Shown here: positions 58,789-64,000 of the stretch, piece by piece
Numbering within the stretch: position 1 is the first letter of the stretch
How the letters are laid out: every line of letters begins with the position of its first letter
Assembly (NCBI GenBank): GCA_050250895.1
Contig: JBFWNU010000002.1
Location: forward strand, 128,001-192,000
Length of the DNA: 64,000 nt
Source of the DNA: Vulcanimicrobiota bacterium
Lineage (GTDB): Bacteria; Vulcanimicrobiota; Xenobia; Xenobiales; JADMJV01
Direction: 5' to 3'
Notes under the pieces: generated by a model
The model's input: the letters and a program-made list of their open reading frames with translations, nothing else
The model's database searches: none
Told to the model about the DNA's origin: nothing
Made by a program: the position numbers and the translations under genes

Positions 58789-58978
58789 CAGGGTCAACCT
58801 AACCGGTCACCGTTAAAGGACCCTCAAATGGGTCGAACCGTGCTCGATTGGTTGCCCAGGCCCGGGTCGAGCCGATGGTCCTGGTCATTCGTCGATTCCG
58901 CGCTCAAGCCCTATGACATCGAGCTTTGGCCTATCTAGCACAGGGATCGGCCTCGTCTTCGCCAAAAGATCCCCGAGC

Positions 58979-59833
58979 ATGAAGTCCGCGGTCGTAGGCC
59001 TGCTCAAGTCTGTCCGTGACCAGATGCTCGCTCTCTCGGGCTCGGACGGGGCCATCGTCTCGCTGCGAGAGAGTCGCGTCGGTCCGATGATTGTGCGCAC
59101 GGCCAAAGGGGTCAACCAGGACGAGATCGAGTCCATCAGCGGCAGCGCGCTGCTGCTCGAAGCCGAGCAGTCGAGCAAGGGCGTGCTGGTGCTCGATTCG
59201 CAAAAGGACCGCTTTCGTGACCAACAAAACGCCTTCCGCTCGGCCGTCTGCGTGCCGGTGGTGGAAGACGGGGTCACCGTCGGGGTGCTGCTCGCTTTCA
59301 ATCGCACCAGGGCCGGAGCTTTCTCCTATGCCGAACTCTCCAAGGTCGAGCGGCTGGCCGGCGATCTCTCTAAAGAGCTGACCAGGGCCAACTGGGTCGA
59401 ACGCTCCACGACCATCCGCAAGCCCAGCCGCGTCTCCGGTCTGGCTCGCGCCGCCTGGGCACCCTTCCTTTTTGCGGCCCTCGTGCTGATCTACGCCCTG
59501 ATGGATCGCCCCCTGCCCGAGGCCGAGCCCCAGGCCTCCCATCCGGTCCAGGTCAGCGGACGTCTGCTCGACGCCGGCGGCCAGGAGATGTCGGCCAAAG
59601 CCATCGAGTCGGGGCGCTTCGTGCTGAGCATCGCAGGCCAGCGCTACGAAGTCGGGCCGGGCGAACTCACCACCACCGGCGGCGGCGAGTTTCGCATTAA
59701 CCGTCGCTTCCCCGCTTCTCCGTCCACCATCGAGCTTTCCGTCTATCTATCGGGGTACCAGACCGAGACCCGCACGGCCAAAGTCAGTAACGGCCAGGCT
59801 CGGCTCGAGGACCTCTCGCTCAAGCTGCGTTAG
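58979..59833 (+). CDS. GAF-domain membrane protein
   Basis: RSAVCVPV...VGVL..FNR...F; single TM. Confidence 0.8.
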   Translation: MKSAVVGLLKSVRDQMLALSGSDGAIVSLRESRVGPMIVRTAKGVNQDEIESISGSALLLEAEQSSKGVLVLDSQKDRFRDQQNAFRSAVCVPVVEDGVTVGVLLAFNRTRAGAFSYAELSKVERLAGDLSKELTRANWVERSTTIRKPSRVSGLARAAWAPFLFAALVLIYALMDRPLPEAEPQASHPVQVSGRLLDAGGQEMSAKAIESGRFVLSIAGQRYEVGPGELTTTGGGEFRINRRFPASPSTIELSVYLSGYQTETRTAKVSNGQARLEDLSLKLR

Positions 59834-60873
59834 AGCGTCGCCAGCACGGTCGAGAGCGGCAACAGCAGGGCCACCACCACGAAGCCCACGGTGACGGCTA
59901 CGCCGGCCAGCAGCAAGGGTTCGAGCATGGCGGTCATGGTCTCGATGCGATCGGCGGCGACCTGGGCTAGCCCGTCAGCCGCTCGTCGCAGGGCCACCGA
60001 CAGGTGGCCTGCCTCTTCGCCCAGACCGACCAATTGGCGCATCGAGGCCGGGTAATCGAGGGGTTCGTTGTCCCAGATGGCCACCAGGGGCACGCCGTCT
60101 CGCAAGAAAGACACGATGCGCTCGCTGTCGTCGCGCAACAGCGGGCTGCCGCTGGCGGCCCCGGCCAGCCGCACCGAGGTCAGCATCTCGTTGCCGGTTT
60201 CGAGCAGCAGAGCCAGCGTCGAGGCGTAGCGGGCGGCGCAGCTATAGATGAGGACGGGGCCGATGCCCGGCAACAGTCGCGCCCGCGAGAAGAGTTCGGC
60301 CTGACCCAGGGGGGTGCGTAGGTAGCGCACCAGTGGCCACAGCGAAAGCGGTCCCATCACCCAGAAGATCGGTTGCGAGAAGCAGTGGCTCAACTGGCGA
60401 ACCACCAGCGTCGGCCAGGGTAGGGGAGCGCCGAGTTGCTCGACCGTCTCGAGTAAGCCCGGAATCACGGTCAGGAACATCAGCGTGACGAGCACCAGGG
60501 TCAAACTCAGCACGAACAGCGGATAGATCATCGCCTTGCGCACGCGGCGCACCGCCCGGGCGTCTTCTTCCAGCCATTCGGCCAGGCGGCCCAGGAGAGC
60601 CGCGAAGCGTCCGGTGGTTTCGGCGGCCGCCACCATGGCCACATAAGAGCGGGGAAAAACCTGGGGCAAGTCGCTCATGGCCCTGGATAAGCGCTGGCCC
60701 CGCTCGACCTGGGTGAGGATGTATTCCAGGGCGCGCCGCAGGCCCGAGTCTTCCTGGTGGTGGGCCATCACCGACAGTCCTCGGAAGATGGGCACACCGG
60801 CTTCGACCAGAGTGGCGAGTTGGCGAGTGGCCAGGCCCACTCGTTCGCGGGAACACGAGATGTCGGCGCTCAT
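59830..60873 (-). CDS. Type II secretion/type IV pilus platform protein (GspF/PilC family)
   Basis: RQLATLVEAGVP, AMIYP, GEEAG and MLEP. Confidence 0.92.
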   Translation of the reverse strand: MSADISCSRERVGLATRQLATLVEAGVPIFRGLSVMAHHQEDSGLRRALEYILTQVERGQRLSRAMSDLPQVFPRSYVAMVAAAETTGRFAALLGRLAEWLEEDARAVRRVRKAMIYPLFVLSLTLVLVTLMFLTVIPGLLETVEQLGAPLPWPTLVVRQLSHCFSQPIFWVMGPLSLWPLVRYLRTPLGQAELFSRARLLPGIGPVLIYSCAARYASTLALLLETGNEMLTSVRLAGAASGSPLLRDDSERIVSFLRDGVPLVAIWDNEPLDYPASMRQLVGLGEEAGHLSVALRRAADGLAQVAADRIETMTAMLEPLLLAGVAVTVGFVVVALLLPLSTVLATL

Positions 60874-61331
60874 AGCGGAGGCAGCAGACCCTCGTTCCAG
60901 CTCTTGAAGTGAAAGTCTCCGAGGTCGAGTTCGGCCGAGATCGAATAGCGGGCGCGCGGGTTCTTGAGTTTGCCGGCCGTACCCACGGCCACGATGAAGA
61001 TCACGTTCTGGGAACGGTAGCTGCGATCCAGGCTGACGCGATAGGTGCCCACCAGACGTCCGGGCTCGCTCAGGCTATACATCTCCTCGACATAGCTGAA
61101 GACCACCTGCTCGTCGCCGATGCCGGTGGGGAAGAACTCGTCCTTGCTCAATTTGACCTTGGCGTCTTCGATGCCCGCTCGGGCCAGGTTGCGGGCTTCG
61201 ACGGCCGCGGCTGCGGCCTGGGAGGCGGCATATTCACCGGGGCGGGCCCCCATATAGGCCAGACCCACCACGATGATGAGCAAGCTCAGCAGCAGGGCCA
61301 TCACGATGAGAAAACCACGCCGCCTTACCAT
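60870..61331 (-). CDS. PilX/GspK-like minor pilin
   Basis: RRGFLIVMAL..; A.NLARAGIE.A. Confidence 0.75.
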   Translation of the reverse strand: MVRRRGFLIVMALLLSLLIIVVGLAYMGARPGEYAASQAAAAAVEARNLARAGIEDAKVKLSKDEFFPTGIGDEQVVFSYVEEMYSLSEPGRLVGTYRVSLDRSYRSQNVIFIVAVGTAGKLKNPRARYSISAELDLGDFHFKSWNEGLLPPL

Positions 61332-61828
61332 TGGGGCGCTCTCCAGATCTCGGTGGCGAAGACCTCGACTCGCGCGCTCTGGGAGACCTCGACCCGGACC
61401 GTGATCGGGTCCTGGCCCAGCACGTCAAAGGACTTGACCTCGAGCAGGCGCTGGCGCGCTGTCGGTCCGATGCCCTCGATGGAGCGATAGAGCACTCCGT
61501 CGGTGAAACTATAGCGAATGCGGCAGCGATGGCGTGGCGCGAAGGGGTCTCCGCCGGCCGCCCGCACCGCCAGGGTCAGGTCGGGGCGCAGGCGCTCGAA
61601 GACCACTTCGTGCGAGTTGGGGCTGCTCACCCCCAGGGCCGCCACCGCGTCCTGGCGCATCCGGGCCAGCACCTGGACCACTTCGGAGGCCCCTGTCCGC
61701 TGGGTCTGCAGCCGCGCCAGCAACAGGGTCTGGCGCAGGGTAAAGCCCAATCCGGCCAACACCAACATGAACAGCGCCGTGGCCACCAGCACTTCGGCCA
61801 GGCTGAACCCCCTACTGGTTCTCGACAA
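61325..61828 (-). CDS. Prepilin-type minor pilin (PilW/GspJ-like)
   Basis: RGFSLAEVLVA; TTG start with AAGGGGG SD. Confidence 0.8.
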   Translation of the reverse strand: MSRTSRGFSLAEVLVATALFMLVLAGLGFTLRQTLLLARLQTQRTGASEVVQVLARMRQDAVAALGVSSPNSHEVVFERLRPDLTLAVRAAGGDPFAPRHRCRIRYSFTDGVLYRSIEGIGPTARQRLLEVKSFDVLGQDPITVRVEVSQSARVEVFATEIWRAPQW

Positions 61829-62591
61829 CGATCCCCCCTTGAACCACCTGGCCGCGATAGTAGCCGCGAGCCCGCACTTCGCAGTGTCCCGGCACGATCT
61901 CGAAGTCGCCTCCGTAGGTGCGCACGTGGTTCTGATAGGTCGCCTGTTGCCCGTCGCGGCTGACGTTGGCAATCGAACCATTGCCGTCGTGGGGGGCCAC
62001 ATACCAGGTAAAGACCAGGTCGGGTAGTTTGCGCCCGGCCGCGTCGCGAGCGCTGGCTCGAAACTCGGCGGTGCCCTCGGGGGCCAGGACGACTCCGGCC
62101 GGTTCAACCGAGACCGTGAAATCAGGCTTGCGCCAATCGCCGATGAGCGAGTTGACCACCACCCGGTCCGAGGCCCGGTCCGACCAGGCCACCGTCACCT
62201 CGGTCTGCCAGGCCGATTCTTCCAGGATCTTGCGCCCGGGACTGGGGTAGGTTGCGGCGGCCGGATAGGCCTCTTCCAGAGTGGTACAGGGACTGGCCAG
62301 CGGCTTGAGTTCGGCCCTGGTGGTGATGGTGAAACCGGGGTGGTGGGGATCGCGCCGCGTCACCCCGTTGTAGGAATCCAGTCCCACCGAGAAGTCAGGA
62401 GCCAGAAAGTTGCGCATCTCGTCCATGGTGTTGTCGGCCAACAAAGCCGCCACCTGGCGTTGCTCGCTATCGCCCAGCGATTGCAGCGAGGCATCGAACA
62501 ACCAGACCGCCATCAGCAGGGCGTTGGCCAGCAAGAAGCAGGCGATGACCGCCTCGGTCAGGCTAAAGCCCGACCTACTGCGTGATGTCAT
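61812..62591 (-). CDS. Prepilin-type minor pilin (PilV-like)
   Basis: SGFSLTEAVIA. Confidence 0.8.
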   Translation of the reverse strand: MTSRSRSGFSLTEAVIACFLLANALLMAVWLFDASLQSLGDSEQRQVAALLADNTMDEMRNFLAPDFSVGLDSYNGVTRRDPHHPGFTITTRAELKPLASPCTTLEEAYPAAATYPSPGRKILEESAWQTEVTVAWSDRASDRVVVNSLIGDWRKPDFTVSVEPAGVVLAPEGTAEFRASARDAAGRKLPDLVFTWYVAPHDGNGSIANVSRDGQQATYQNHVRTYGGDFEIVPGHCEVRARGYYRGQVVQGGIVVENQ

Positions 62592-64000
62592 AGTTCAGGG
62601 CGCCTCCGAGTCGTTCGGTGAGATTGACGGGAGTTGCCCCGGCGAGGACCGGAACCCGGAAAAGATGGACGCGATTGCCCGCCCGGGCGAGATAGTAGGC
62701 CTGGCGGCCGTCTGGTGACAACCGGGGGTAAGACTGGTCGCCGCTCACGATTTCGACGGGCGTGCTGCCCGTCAAACGGGCACCAGAGTCGCTAAAGACC
62801 TCGAGCACTTTCAACACCGAGTTGTCGACAAAGACCAGATAGCGACCATCTCCGGACCAGGCCATGCGGCTGCGGGCCTCGTTGCGAATCAGAGGGATAC
62901 GCACGTTGGGTAGCAGGATCTCGCTGGCGCTAGTGGTCTCGAGGGTCAGTTGGCCCGCCTCGACCCGGGCCGCATAGTCGTGGAAAATCGGGTTGAAGAG
63001 CGAACCGCGGTCGTAGTAACCCGTGGTGAACTGGCCGTTGCTCGACTGGATGGTGGGCGGATAGCCCCCAAAGGTGACCACATCGTGGTCGACGTTCTGC
63101 CCGTTGCTGGAGACATGGCTCGAGAAGACGTAGGTCTTATAGACCACCGGGTCCCAACTGCCCGAGTCGGTAGCCTCGCCGCTGAGCAAGAGATCTTCGC
63201 GCGAGGTAATGTGAATGGCCGAGAGAGTGAACACCTCGACCTCGACCATGATCGGGTCGCCATTGATGTCGACTTCACCGCTGTCCTTGAGAACGGTTCG
63301 ATGGTCGTGGGTATAGGCCAAAAATGTCGAGGTGGGGTCAAAGTCGAAATCGCCCGCGTCGGCCGGCAACTGCTTGGCCAACTGACGATCCGTGCCGTCG
63401 GCGTTGAGCAGATACAGGTCCAGTCCCGAGTTGCCTCCGAAGGTCACCAGCCGGGTGCCGTCATAGGTGAAGCGCGGACGCGAATCTTGTTGGCCGTCGG
63501 GAGTGATCTTGACCAGATCGATCCCTTCGAGGTTGCCGATACGCACCTCATGAGCGTAGGATTCGACCGCCAGTCGCCCGGGCCGTAGCGTCTCGAGTTC
63601 GGGCAGCAAGCCTGCGCCGGTGGTGGCCGAGGCCATCAAGTCGGTTTGGTCGCTGACCTCGACGCGGAACGAATAGCGGGTGCCGGGCAACGCCTCGGGC
63701 GGGGGACGCCAGGATACCTGAGCCTGGAAGTTCTGGCCCAACCACTCCATCCGACCTTGAGCGGGAGTCGTGAAGCTGCCTTCACTGCCGTCAGAGCCCT
63801 GGCTGCTGACCTCGAAGTAGAGCGGCCCACCGTCGGCATCCGTAGCGGTGATCTGCATGGTGGCCAGACCATACTCGGTGGCCGCGCCCACTGCCGCCGC
63901 GTCAGGATGAATCTCGATGTAGGTGCGGCTGAGACTGGTATGGCCCAGGGCCGGGTTGCGACTGGGCAAGAACTCGACCGAGACGATCCTGGGAGTGGCG
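62575..64000 (-). CDS. TolB-like propeller protein of the pilus operon, partial (starts beyond right edge)
   Basis: Frame open to 64000; WSGDGRYL and LSPDGR repeats. Confidence 0.8.
   Translation of the reverse strand, partial: ATPRIVSVEFLPSRNPALGHTSLSRTYIEIHPDAAAVGAATEYGLATMQITATDADGGPLYFEVSSQGSDGSEGSFTTPAQGRMEWLGQNFQAQVSWRPPPEALPGTRYSFRVEVSDQTDLMASATTGAGLLPELETLRPGRLAVESYAHEVRIGNLEGIDLVKITPDGQQDSRPRFTYDGTRLVTFGGNSGLDLYLLNADGTDRQLAKQLPADAGDFDFDPTSTFLAYTHDHRTVLKDSGEVDINGDPIMVEVEVFTLSAIHITSREDLLLSGEATDSGSWDPVVYKTYVFSSHVSSNGQNVDHDVVTFGGYPPTIQSSNGQFTTGYYDRGSLFNPIFHDYAARVEAGQLTLETTSASEILLPNVRIPLIRNEARSRMAWSGDGRYLVFVDNSVLKVLEVFSDSGARLTGSTPVEIVSGDQSYPRLSPDGRQAYYLARAGNRVHLFRVPVLAGATPVNLTERLGGALNYDITQ

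Overview
GC-rich bacterial chromosomal window. Protein families and style suggest Candidatus Eremiobacterota/Xenobia, but this is inference only. About 65 CDS, mostly accessory: peptidases (M48 x2, C11-like, S8), an S1/P1 nuclease, Rpn/DUF4351 nucleases, a GIY-YIG/HIT-PLD-helicase-DUF3427/SprT defence-like patch, a decayed vapBC-Uma2 locus, a Ser/Thr kinase and the end of a type II/IV pilus operon. The most striking signal is a ~1.15-kb non-coding, highly structured element present in two ~95%-identical direct copies (about 10086-11241 and 15087-16238, minus strand). Each copy has a near-consensus sigma70 promoter, an intrinsic terminator, GNRA hairpins and upstream DnaA-box-like 9-mers, making it a candidate giant ncRNA I cannot assign to a known class. 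The second is a 45.7-54.6 kb cluster where two RRE(PqqD)-fused, twin-arginine-leader proteins with 20-Cys cores alternate with four SnoaL/NTF2-sensor histidine kinases and two NarL-type regulators. Also noted: intragenic and orphan RpnS-like small ORFs, a palindromic insertion, a 5' leader shared by three genes, a Trp-rich repeat protein and a shared C-terminal tag. All calls come from reading the sequence; no searches were run.
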